Of a stretch of DNA of 64,000 nucleotides, positions 35,287-44,616 are shown in pieces. Position 1 is the stretch's first letter; each line of letters starts with the position of its first letter. The translations under genes were made by a program, and so were the position numbers. Origin of the DNA: an uncultured Haloferula sp. (GTDB lineage: Bacteria > Verrucomicrobiota > Verrucomicrobiia > Verrucomicrobiales > Akkermansiaceae). The notes beneath the pieces were generated by a model. The model was not told where the DNA came from. It saw only the letters and a list, made by a program, of their open reading frames with translations, and did no database searches. The stretch spans positions 1 through 64,000 of the forward strand of contig CBFGTS010000008.1 in assembly GCA_965652295.1 (NCBI GenBank), given 5' to 3'.

Positions 35287-38200
35287 ATGCACTTCAGATT
35301 CGTTCCTTTGAGACTCCCCGTTTCCATCCCATTCACCGCAGGCATCCTGTTTCCCCTGCTACTACAGGCCCAGTTTCTCAGTGAAGAGCCGTTCGTCGGC
35401 TACACGGTGGGGGAGGAACTTCAGGCGACGGAACATCCGGGAATTGCGGGCTACACGGGAGGCTGGACCGATGTCGATTTCGGCACGGCGGAGCCGACGG
35501 TGATGAGCGGCTCGCTGATTTATCCGGCGGCCGGCTATCTGGGGTCGAGTGGCGACCGGGTGGGGAAGGGTGCCGACGCTGGCGGCATCGCTCAGGGAAA
35601 CTGCGGTCGCGTGTACCGGTTGCTGGACGCCCCGCTGGTCGTGGACGACTCGACGACCGGAACTCGCTATCTCAGCTGGCTTTTCCAGACCGGCAACGAG
35701 AATGCCGCGCCCGACCCGGCGACCTATCAGACGCTGGCGCTCTACGACGGCAGCACATCGGACTCGAACCGGAACTTCGACGCAGGGATTGCGAGCGGAG
35801 ATTTCGCGACGACGAACTACGCTTTCCGTGCCGAGAACAGCTCGGCGCTGCGAGGGAACCTCGGCGTTGCCGCGGATTCCTCGGTCCACCTCTTCGTCGC
35901 GAAGTTCGAGCTCAGCGCCACGGGCAATGCCGATAGCATCACGGTGTGGATCGATCCAATCCTCGGCGGGGGAGAGCCGTCGGGCGGAGCCACCGTCAGC
36001 GGCTTCGACACGCGCTTCGACCGCCTCGCCCTCTCCGACTACGCGAGCAATTCCTCGGCCTGGGACGAGATCCGCTGGGGTACGACCTTCGACAGCGTGA
36101 CGCTCGCCCCGCCGGTGCCGACCATCGTTTCGCAGCCGACGGGATTCACCGGGTCGGTGGGCGATGACGTGACCTTGGTGGCGGACGTCATTGGCTCGCC
36201 GGAGCCGGAGTTGCAATGGGAGCGTTCGGCAGACGGTTCCGGCGGTTGGACGGAAGTGCCGGGCGCGACCGGTGAAACGCTGGAGATGCCCGGGGTGGCC
36301 TATGCTGCGAGGGGACTCTACCGTCTTGTCGCGACGAATGGGAATGGCTCGGTGGCCAGTGATGCGGTGGAGGTCACGCTGACCTTTCCGCCGCCGCGGA
36401 TCACCGAGCAACCGACGCCGGTGGGTGCCACGGAGGACGGCGGAGCGGTGTTCTCGGTGGTCGCTTCGGGGCTGGGAAACCTGAGCTACCAATGGCGCAA
36501 GGATGGCGTGAGTCTCCCGGGCGAAACGGGGGCGACGCTGGAGCTGAGCGGATTGACCGAGGAGGATCTCGGTGTGTATTCGGTACGCATCGAGGACGAC
36601 GCCGCGACGGCGGAGTCGCTGCCTGCGACCTCGGTGGTTTCGGACTCGGTCTTGTTGATTTTCGGAAACCTCGGCGATTACCAAACAGGGTTGACCTACC
36701 GGCTCTACGACATCCGGGAACCGATGGGTCAGCTTTACCCGCTGGTGCCGGGGCAAACGCCGAATGTCGATGAGCGGCGGGCGACGATCGACTGGTCGGG
36801 AAGCGCGGATTTTTCCGGATACACGGCGGAGTTCATGGTCGAAGTCGTCGCGGACTTGTTCGTCCCGGCCGCGGGCGGGCATGAATTTCGTCTGACGTCG
36901 TCGGATGGCTCCGAGCTGTGGATCGACGACACTCTGGTGATTGATCACGACGGTGAACATGAGGCGACTTCGATGGATGGAAGCGCTTCGCTAGGTGGTG
37001 GACTGCACCCGCTGCGGGTGAGGTTTTTCCTGAACGCGGGCACACCGGAACTGAGGCTCGCCTGGCGGTTGGAGGGTGAGCCGGAGTTCACCATCGTGCC
37101 CGAATCTCACGTGCTGACGCCGTCGTTCGTCACACGTGTGGTGGCACCGGGGAAAAAGGAGATCATCACTCCCGGCGATGGCACGCGTCCGGGCAGTGGC
37201 GCGCCGCTGGAATCGGTACACCCGGAGTGGGAGGTTCACACGATCCACCCATCGGGGTTCAATCCGAAGGTCGGCGCGATGGCGGTGCATCCGGACGGGC
37301 GTTTGTTCGTGGCGACCTTCGAGCCGAACCAGGACAACAACAGCGGCCAGCCGACGACGCCGAACGGCCGGATCTGGGCGCTGACGGACGTGGACGGCGA
37401 CGACTCGGAGGCGGTCGGCGTGACCGAGGTGGCGAACGGGTTGTTCGAGCCGGCGGGGATGACCTTCGTCGATGGCGTTCTCCACGTCAGCCAGCGGCTT
37501 GAGGTGACGCGGCTGCTCGACGCCGATGACGACGGTTTTTTCGAGACACATGAAACCGTGGGGGGCGGGTGGACGTCGAACAACTACCACATGTTCCACT
37601 TCGGTCTGATCGAGGCCGGAGGCTACGCCTACTCGACGCTCTCGACGTCGATCGATTTCAGCTACAACGGACTCAACGGGCCCAACCCTGCGAATCGCGG
37701 AACATGGGTGAGGACGAATCTTTCGACCGGTGAAGTGGATTACCTTGCCGGCGGCCTGCGGACCCCGAACGGCATCGGCTTCGGTCCGGGAGGCGATGTG
37801 TTCCAGACCGACAACCAGGGTTCGTGGCAGCCGGCTTCGCGCCTGAACCACCTGCAGGAAGGGCATTTCTACGGACACTACAACAACACGGCCGATGGTG
37901 GGGTGCCGAGCCTTTACTCGGACCAGCCGGTCACACCCGCGGCGGTCTATCTTCCGCAGAACGAGATCTCGAACTCGCCGACGCAGCCGCTGTTGATTCC
38001 GGAAGGCCATGATTTCGCCGGCGACATGTTGGTAGGCGAGTTGACCCTCGGGGGCATCCGCCGTGTGTCGCTGGAAAAGATCAACGGCGAGTGGCAGGGC
38101 GCGGTGTACCGGTTCACCCAGGGGCTCGAGGCTGGTGTGAACCGGATCGAATGGGCACCCGATGGCTCGCTTTACATCGGGTGCATCGGTGCGACGGGAA

Positions 38201-40767
38201 ACTGGTCTTGGAAGGGCACGACGCGGGGCCTGCAACGCCTGAGTCCGAAGTCGGGCGCTGCGGAAACGTTCGAGATCGACCGCGTGGAGGCCACTGCCAC
38301 CGGCTTCCGGATCCGATATACGAAGCCGGTGCCGGCGGAGACCTTGAACGACCCGGCGAACTTCGTGGTCCGGCAGTGGACCTACAGCCCGAGCCAGGAC
38401 TACGGTGGCAACAAGATCGACCAGGCGACGCTGACGGTTTCGACGAGCGAGGCCTCGACCGACCGCAAGAGTGTGGAGCTGACGATCCCCGGGTTGAAGG
38501 AAGGTTATGTCGTTTATCTGAAATCCGATCTCGTGTCCGACTTCGGCGAGGCGATTTGGTCGAGCGAGGCGTGGTACACATTGAACGCGATTCCCGGCGG
38601 CCCGTTCGCGCTGGGTCTCGATCCGGCGGTGGTGACCGAGAACGAGCCATCGGGAACGATGGTGGGGCAGCTTTCGGCGGAGGGAGAGGGTATCGTCTGG
38701 TCGCTGCCTGCCGGGGAGGAAAGCAACGAGTTCTTTTCCATCGTGGGCGACGCCTTGGTGACGGCGGTGCCTTTCGACTACGAACGTCGTAGTTCCTATC
38801 CGGTGCGGGTCCGCGCTACCGATGGGGAAGGGCTTTTCACCGAAGCCGTCTTCATGGTCGGGGTGGCGGACGCGCTGGAGGAGTCGGCCCCGCGGCGTGT
38901 TCTTCTCTCGAATGCCGTGCTTCCTCCGGACCATGCGGTTGGCGCGTTGGTGGGGCGGCTGATATTGGACGATGCGGATGCGGGCGATCTTGTGACGACC
39001 TCCGCCTCGGCCGTGGGGGGGGATCCGGTGGTGTATGAAGGCTTCGACTACGCCGCTGGTAGTACGCAGGCGGGCCAGAATGGAGGTGTGGGGTTTGGCG
39101 GTGCGTGGGGCGTGGTCGGGACGGCTTCGACCGTTCACAATGGCTCGCTCGGCTACACCGATGTGGAAGGCATGGCCTTGGAAACCTCGGGCAACCATGG
39201 CTTCTGCCAGCCGCTCTCGCGCAACCACCGGCCGCTCGCGGTCGCGCGGGGCGATGACGGCACGGCAACTTACGTGAGCTTCGTGGTGGACCCGGATCCG
39301 AACGCGTTTTACTGGGGCGTCGAGTTCTGGAACGGCAGCCAGGTCGATGGAAACCGGGTGCTGCAAGTCGGCAACGAGAGCGGATTCGGGGTTCGGGTGC
39401 GGAACGGGACCAATAAGTTTTTTGCGTCGACGGATGACGGTCCCCATTTCTTCGTGGTGAAAATCGACCACCTGTCGGGGAACGACGAGGTGTCGGTGTG
39501 GATCGACCCGCTCCTCTCGGCCGAGCCGGAGGTTCCGGACCTTTTTTTCGACGCCAACGAAACCGGGGGATCGATCATGTTCGATCGGATCGGCTTCAGC
39601 GACTACGTCACGACTTCGGCACCGGCGGTGGATGAGCTTCGCCTCGGCAACAACTGGGCGTCGGTCACGCCGCGTTTCGCGGCGTCTCCCTTTTACGAAC
39701 TGGTGGCGGGTGTGGGCGATGAGGGCAACGGATCGTTTGAAATCCGCGGCAACCGGCTGTTGGTGGTCGGGGTCGTATCTCCGGGGCTCCACTCGGTTCG
39801 CGTGCGGGTGACGGACAGTGCGGGGCACGCTTTCGAGCAGCCGTTGCTGGTGTGGGTGGGCGCGGGCGATGGCGATAGCAATGGAGACGGCGTCCGCGAT
39901 GGTGATGCGGTAAGGTTGGGCTTCGATCCCGCGGGCGAGGACGCGACCGACGCCTACTTCGGCCCCGGCGGCGCGGTGGCGAGGCTGACAGTTCCTGAAT
40001 CCGCCGACCGTGTCCTGCTTGATGCCCCGATGACTCCGGGGAATCTTTACTGGGTTGAAGAGTCGGACGATCTCTCGCTGTGGTTTTTGAAATCGGGCAC
40101 CCTCCTCACTCCGGATTCGTTTCTGGAGATCCCGAGCGGCTGGGAGCTTCCGGTTTCGTTCGATGCGAAGCATTTCTGGCGGGTCGCCGGCGGCTGGCCC
40201 GACACGTCCGGCGACGATCCGCTTACTTCGGGTTTGGCGGGACTGACATTCGTTGGCGGCGATTCGAGCGGGTGGACCTACGACGCCGACGGCGGCGTTC
40301 TGCGTCAGGAGGTGGCCGATGCGAATCCGGCCGAGTGGCTGCACTTCGGGCCTGTTTACTCCGACTTTCTCCTGAGTCTGGAATACCGGGTGTCGAGCAA
40401 CGGTAACGCGGGGGTGTTCCTCCGTTCCGCCGCCTCCGGTAATCCGTGGGAAACCGGAACGGAGATCCAGATCACGAATGAACCGCGAGCGGCGATCCAT
40501 TCTACCGGTGCGGCTTACGGACGTATCGAGGCCCAGCCTGCGGCGGACGCCACGGCCGATGTCTGGCACCGCATGGAGATCCTGATGTCGGGGGACCGCT
40601 TGCGCGTTCGGGTCGATGGTTTGACCACCATTGATGCTGCCGATGTGCGGCAGTATGACGCCTCCTTCGCTTGGCCGGATTCGGGCTATGTCGGCCTTCA
40701 GGATTCTCATAATCCGAGTGGCAGCATCGAATACCGGAACATCCGCATCCGGTCTCTCACGCCGTGA
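35287..40767 (+). CDS. Giant secreted multidomain protein: X - Ig - Ig - PA14 - sugar-dehydrogenase-like beta-propeller - cadherin - split cadherin with X-like insert - CTD - DUF1080
   Basis: PA14: FRLTSSDGSELWIDD.LVIDHDG.H. Propeller: GLRTPNGIG, DNQG.W. Cadherin: VTENEP.GT.VG..FDYE..Y.VRVRATD. DUF1080: YSDFLLSLEYR..GNAGVF..EIQI..G.VGLQD.H..IEYRNIRIR. Confidence 0.88.
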   Translation: MHFRFVPLRLPVSIPFTAGILFPLLLQAQFLSEEPFVGYTVGEELQATEHPGIAGYTGGWTDVDFGTAEPTVMSGSLIYPAAGYLGSSGDRVGKGADAGGIAQGNCGRVYRLLDAPLVVDDSTTGTRYLSWLFQTGNENAAPDPATYQTLALYDGSTSDSNRNFDAGIASGDFATTNYAFRAENSSALRGNLGVAADSSVHLFVAKFELSATGNADSITVWIDPILGGGEPSGGATVSGFDTRFDRLALSDYASNSSAWDEIRWGTTFDSVTLAPPVPTIVSQPTGFTGSVGDDVTLVADVIGSPEPELQWERSADGSGGWTEVPGATGETLEMPGVAYAARGLYRLVATNGNGSVASDAVEVTLTFPPPRITEQPTPVGATEDGGAVFSVVASGLGNLSYQWRKDGVSLPGETGATLELSGLTEEDLGVYSVRIEDDAATAESLPATSVVSDSVLLIFGNLGDYQTGLTYRLYDIREPMGQLYPLVPGQTPNVDERRATIDWSGSADFSGYTAEFMVEVVADLFVPAAGGHEFRLTSSDGSELWIDDTLVIDHDGEHEATSMDGSASLGGGLHPLRVRFFLNAGTPELRLAWRLEGEPEFTIVPESHVLTPSFVTRVVAPGKKEIITPGDGTRPGSGAPLESVHPEWEVHTIHPSGFNPKVGAMAVHPDGRLFVATFEPNQDNNSGQPTTPNGRIWALTDVDGDDSEAVGVTEVANGLFEPAGMTFVDGVLHVSQRLEVTRLLDADDDGFFETHETVGGGWTSNNYHMFHFGLIEAGGYAYSTLSTSIDFSYNGLNGPNPANRGTWVRTNLSTGEVDYLAGGLRTPNGIGFGPGGDVFQTDNQGSWQPASRLNHLQEGHFYGHYNNTADGGVPSLYSDQPVTPAAVYLPQNEISNSPTQPLLIPEGHDFAGDMLVGELTLGGIRRVSLEKINGEWQGAVYRFTQGLEAGVNRIEWAPDGSLYIGCIGATGNWSWKGTTRGLQRLSPKSGAAETFEIDRVEATATGFRIRYTKPVPAETLNDPANFVVRQWTYSPSQDYGGNKIDQATLTVSTSEASTDRKSVELTIPGLKEGYVVYLKSDLVSDFGEAIWSSEAWYTLNAIPGGPFALGLDPAVVTENEPSGTMVGQLSAEGEGIVWSLPAGEESNEFFSIVGDALVTAVPFDYERRSSYPVRVRATDGEGLFTEAVFMVGVADALEESAPRRVLLSNAVLPPDHAVGALVGRLILDDADAGDLVTTSASAVGGDPVVYEGFDYAAGSTQAGQNGGVGFGGAWGVVGTASTVHNGSLGYTDVEGMALETSGNHGFCQPLSRNHRPLAVARGDDGTATYVSFVVDPDPNAFYWGVEFWNGSQVDGNRVLQVGNESGFGVRVRNGTNKFFASTDDGPHFFVVKIDHLSGNDEVSVWIDPLLSAEPEVPDLFFDANETGGSIMFDRIGFSDYVTTSAPAVDELRLGNNWASVTPRFAASPFYELVAGVGDEGNGSFEIRGNRLLVVGVVSPGLHSVRVRVTDSAGHAFEQPLLVWVGAGDGDSNGDGVRDGDAVRLGFDPAGEDATDAYFGPGGAVARLTVPESADRVLLDAPMTPGNLYWVEESDDLSLWFLKSGTLLTPDSFLEIPSGWELPVSFDAKHFWRVAGGWPDTSGDDPLTSGLAGLTFVGGDSSGWTYDADGGVLRQEVADANPAEWLHFGPVYSDFLLSLEYRVSSNGNAGVFLRSAASGNPWETGTEIQITNEPRAAIHSTGAAYGRIEAQPAADATADVWHRMEILMSGDRLRVRVDGLTTIDAADVRQYDASFAWPDSGYVGLQDSHNPSGSIEYRNIRIRSLTP

Positions 40768-40782
40768 TTTTTCTCTTCAGCC

Positions 40783-43716
40783 ATGCACCCGTTGAAACTT
40801 CGTAAATCCTTGCTCTTATTCGTCTCCCTGCTGTCCGTGGGCTTCTCCTTGCCGGCGTTTTCGGCACCCGCCTACGGGGTGGACCGGGCCGGTCTCCAGA
40901 AGCTCGAATCCGCGCCGGCACCACAGAACGGCTTCACCTACACCCGGCTCCAGCACGGGGTGCAGCTCCGCGTCGGGGATCAGGTGAAAAACGTCATGTT
41001 CTATGGGCCGGGTATCGTCCGGGTGAACACGACATTGGGCGAGGTCCACACCGAGCAGCCCAGCATCACCGTGGTGGCGAAGCCGCCGGTTCCGAAGTTC
41101 GACGTCGAGGAGGCGGAGGGCTCCTTGCGGATCGTCTCGCCGGAACTCGTCGTGGTGGTGGAAAAAACGTCCGGCGCGCTGTCGTTCCTCCGCCCGGACG
41201 GGACGGTCATCAGCCGCGAAAATGCCGGCAGACCGGTGACTCTCGAGGAAGTCGAAATTGCCGGCGAGCCGACATACGAGGTGCGGCAGACGTTCACGCT
41301 GGACGATGGTGAATCGCTCTACGGCCTCGGCCAGTACAACGACCCCTACATGGACTATCGCGGTCAAAAGGTCCTGCTAGTACAGACGAATATTGGCATC
41401 GTGGTGCCGTTCCTCATTTCGACAAACCGCTATGGCATCATGTGGGACGTGTGTTCGAAAACGGTTTTCGAGGATAGCGAAAGCGGTGCGTCCTGGTGGT
41501 CGGAGAGCGCGCCGGCCGGTGCGGATTACTATTTCATTGCAGGCGACGATATGGACGGGGTGATCGAGGGATACCGACACCTTACCGGGGCGGCACCCAT
41601 GTTCCCGAAAGCGGCCTTCGGTCTTTTCATGAGCAAGGAGCGCTATCCGACGCAGGACCGGCTGGTCGAAGTGGTGGAGAACTTCCGGCGCGACGGGTTC
41701 CCCCTCGATTACATCGTGCAGGACTGGCAGTACTGGGGTGGCGGCACCTGGGGTGGGGAATGGGATGGAAAATGGAGCGGCATGGTGTGGGACGAGGAAC
41801 GCTTTCCGGACCCGGCGGCGGCCATCGAGAAGCTCCACGAGGACCTTCACGTGAAGGTGATGATCTCCATCTGGCCGTCCGTCGGAAATGACACCGAGCT
41901 GGCCCGGGATCTCGATGCCAAGGGGCTCCGTTTCGAGCCGCTTCACTGGATCTCGAAAAAAGCGCGAATCTACGATGCCTTTAGTGAAGAAGGTCGGCGC
42001 ATCTACTTCGATCACATCAAGCGCGGCCTCCTGGACAAGGGGATCGACGCTCTTTGGATGGACGGCACGGAGGTCGAGGTCGGCTCCGCCTGCCACGATC
42101 CGGCGAAGGTGGAGGCCGACATCAAGAGCCTCGGCGACAATGCGATGGGCGACTTCACCCGCTACCTGAACTGCTACACGCTCCTCACCACCAAGGGCAC
42201 CTACGAGGGCCAACGTAGCCTCGGCGACAAGCGGGTGCTCACCCTCACCCGTTCCGCCTGGGCGGGGCAGCAGCGCTATGCGGCCTTGTCGTGGTCGGGC
42301 GACACCAGGGCCAATTGGGAGACCCTGCGCCAGCAGATCTCCGGCGGGCTGAATGTCTGCATGGCGGGTCAGCCCTACTGGACGCAGGATGTCGGGGGGT
42401 TCTTTGCTCCGGGCAACGGGCATCAGGATCCGGCCTATCTCGAACTGTTTGCCCGCTGGAATCAATTCGGGATCTTTAATCCCGTGTATCGCATTCACGG
42501 CACCGGTCCGGAGCGGGAGCCCTATCGCTTTCGCAAGAGCGATCCGGAGATCTACCAATCGCTTCTCAAGGCGGTCCATCTTCGGTACCGCCTTTTGCCT
42601 TATCTTTACAGCCTCGGTTGGGCGAGCACGGCGGAGGGATATACGATGATGCGTGCCCTGCCGATGGACTTTCCGGATCAGACGGCGCTGCGGAAGATCG
42701 ACGATCAGTTCATGTTCGGGCCGGCCTTTCTGGTCCACCCCGTCACCCGGGCGATGCACCGGGTCGGCGCGCCTCCGCCGCCCACCATCCCCGCCGAATT
42801 CCTGATGACGCCTGAAGGTCGTCCGGGCCTGGCGGCCGAGTATTTCCATGGCCGGGATTTCAATCGTTCCGCAGGCAAGCGGGTGGAGGAGAAGCTGGAG
42901 CACACCTGGCCTGGTCCGCCGTTGGAAGATTGGCCGGTGGATCTCGCTGGCGGGAATGAGTTTTCCGGTCGCTGGGAGGGAAGCCTGGTGGCACCCGAAT
43001 CCGGCACCTATGAAATCGGCGTCGAGGCGGACGATGGTTTCCGGCTGTGGCTTGATGGGAAAAAGGTCGTCGAAGACTGGAGGGATCGGGCGAAGCTCTA
43101 TCGTGGGGCGAAGGTCGATCTCCAGAAGGGGGAGAAGCTTCCGTTGAAAATTGAGTACTACCAAGGGGATCATGACCGCAGCCTGAGGCTGGCCTGGAAG
43201 ACGCCGTCCGAGTTGGCGAAGGGAGAGAACGGATCGGTCTACGAGATGGAAACTCTCCTCCCGGACGGATCGGATTGGTATGACTTCTGGACGAATGAAC
43301 GGCACGAGGGTGGGGGAATCGTCGCCCGTGAGGTGCCTTTGGACATTCTTCCTGTGTATGTCCGCGCCGGCTCGATCGTGCCCATGGGTCCTGTGATGCA
43401 GTGGGCGACCGAGAAGCCGGGCGCTCCTTATGAGATCCGGGTATATCCCGGTGCGGATGCGAGTTTCACCCTCTATGAGGACGACAACGAGACCTACGCT
43501 TACGAGAAGGGCGAAAGGGCCACCATAGAGATGGAATGGAACGATGTCGACCGGATCCTCACCATCGGGCAGAGGAAAGGTTCATTCCCTCAACTGGTGA
43601 AGAATCGCGAGTTCCGCATAGTCATTGCACGGCCGGAGCGGGGTGCTGACATCTCCGAAGCGAAGGCCGACCGGGTGGTGAACTACCGGGGCACGGAGAA
43701 GGTGGTGAGGTTCTGA
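40783..43716 (+). CDS. Glycoside hydrolase family 31 (alpha-xylosidase-like) with an inserted PA14 domain
   Basis: ESLYGLGQ, IVQDWQYW, WMDGTE (nucleophile), WSGD, WTQDVGGF (acid/base), RYRLLPYLY and LYEDD motifs. Confidence 0.92.
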   Translation: MHPLKLRKSLLLFVSLLSVGFSLPAFSAPAYGVDRAGLQKLESAPAPQNGFTYTRLQHGVQLRVGDQVKNVMFYGPGIVRVNTTLGEVHTEQPSITVVAKPPVPKFDVEEAEGSLRIVSPELVVVVEKTSGALSFLRPDGTVISRENAGRPVTLEEVEIAGEPTYEVRQTFTLDDGESLYGLGQYNDPYMDYRGQKVLLVQTNIGIVVPFLISTNRYGIMWDVCSKTVFEDSESGASWWSESAPAGADYYFIAGDDMDGVIEGYRHLTGAAPMFPKAAFGLFMSKERYPTQDRLVEVVENFRRDGFPLDYIVQDWQYWGGGTWGGEWDGKWSGMVWDEERFPDPAAAIEKLHEDLHVKVMISIWPSVGNDTELARDLDAKGLRFEPLHWISKKARIYDAFSEEGRRIYFDHIKRGLLDKGIDALWMDGTEVEVGSACHDPAKVEADIKSLGDNAMGDFTRYLNCYTLLTTKGTYEGQRSLGDKRVLTLTRSAWAGQQRYAALSWSGDTRANWETLRQQISGGLNVCMAGQPYWTQDVGGFFAPGNGHQDPAYLELFARWNQFGIFNPVYRIHGTGPEREPYRFRKSDPEIYQSLLKAVHLRYRLLPYLYSLGWASTAEGYTMMRALPMDFPDQTALRKIDDQFMFGPAFLVHPVTRAMHRVGAPPPPTIPAEFLMTPEGRPGLAAEYFHGRDFNRSAGKRVEEKLEHTWPGPPLEDWPVDLAGGNEFSGRWEGSLVAPESGTYEIGVEADDGFRLWLDGKKVVEDWRDRAKLYRGAKVDLQKGEKLPLKIEYYQGDHDRSLRLAWKTPSELAKGENGSVYEMETLLPDGSDWYDFWTNERHEGGGIVAREVPLDILPVYVRAGSIVPMGPVMQWATEKPGAPYEIRVYPGADASFTLYEDDNETYAYEKGERATIEMEWNDVDRILTIGQRKGSFPQLVKNREFRIVIARPERGADISEAKADRVVNYRGTEKVVRF

Positions 43717-43901
43717 CGGCGGTCGGAGATCAAAAGGATTCACGACGGGTGCGGCCTTCTTTCTGCAGCCTCGCCGGGGATCTCTGGTGGACTGGGTTTG
43801 AAGAATCGTTGCCTATGGAGGAAGGCGAGATTGACCTTTTCAGAAAGGCTCCGACAGGGTAACCGCTCGGACAGCGTGGGCTTCTCCCATGCGGTTCCCC
43901 G

Positions 43902-44441
43902 ATGTCTTCATCCCTCCAATCCGAAGGTCTGCTATCGCCCGATGGCATGGTGCCCGAGATCTATGACCATCTCCGCCGGATGGCGGCGGTATTGATGGCT
44001 CCCGCTTGGGCCGGGCAGACCTTGCAGCCCACGGCTCTGGTGCACGAGGCTTGGTTGAAGCTTTCCGGAGGTGGGAGCCTCGCTTGGGAGAATTCGTCCC
44101 ACTTTTGCGCCTCGGCGGCGGAGACCATGCGGCACATCCTGATCGACCGGGCGCGGGCGCGTTCACGCGTGAAGCGTTGGGGAACGCAGGAGCGTGTCCC
44201 GCTGACGGAGCTCGAGAGCGAAGCCGTTTCCGAGGACGAAAAGATCCTGCTGGTCAACGAGGCTCTGGAACGTCTGGCCAAGCTGCATCCGGAGGCGGGA
44301 CGGGTGGTGCTGCTGAAGTTCTTCGGGGGGCTCTCTACTTCGGAGATCGGGCGCGAGACAGGGCTCTCCGAGCGGAGTGTGGAGCGGCATTGGAGCTATG
44401 CCCGGACCTGGCTTTTCCGGGAAATCCGGTCGCGGATTTAG
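43902..44441 (+). CDS. Second ECF sigma factor, Ser/Thr-kinase-associated type
   Basis: IYDHLRRMAA, TLQPTALVHEAWLKL, AAETMRHILIDRAR, LKFFGGL and ERSVERHW motifs. Confidence 0.92.
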   Translation: MSSSLQSEGLLSPDGMVPEIYDHLRRMAAVLMAPAWAGQTLQPTALVHEAWLKLSGGGSLAWENSSHFCASAAETMRHILIDRARARSRVKRWGTQERVPLTELESEAVSEDEKILLVNEALERLAKLHPEAGRVVLLKFFGGLSTSEIGRETGLSERSVERHWSYARTWLFREIRSRI

Positions 44442-44616
44442 CAGGATCTGGGGCCGCGAAAGCCCGTGAGGTGCGGAGAAAATCCGGTTTTCCGGGATCG
44501 GCGGAATTTTTTTGGCGGATTCGGTGGGCGGTCGTCGTGTCAGGGGTAGGGAGCCGCCGTTTCTGCGGTCGAAGGCTCCTTGGTATCAACAAGCGACCCA
44601 CAATCAGCACCAAATC

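Noticed and set aside
38989..39690. Intein as the explanation for the cadherin insertion
   Set aside because: There is no N-terminal Cys/Ser block or C-terminal His-Asn, and the insert resembles the X domain.
36991..40710. 1239-aa minus-strand ORF
   Set aside because: It is the antisense shadow of the giant secreted protein. Stop-poor reverse frames are expected in GC-rich coding DNA, and the translation has no recognisable motifs.
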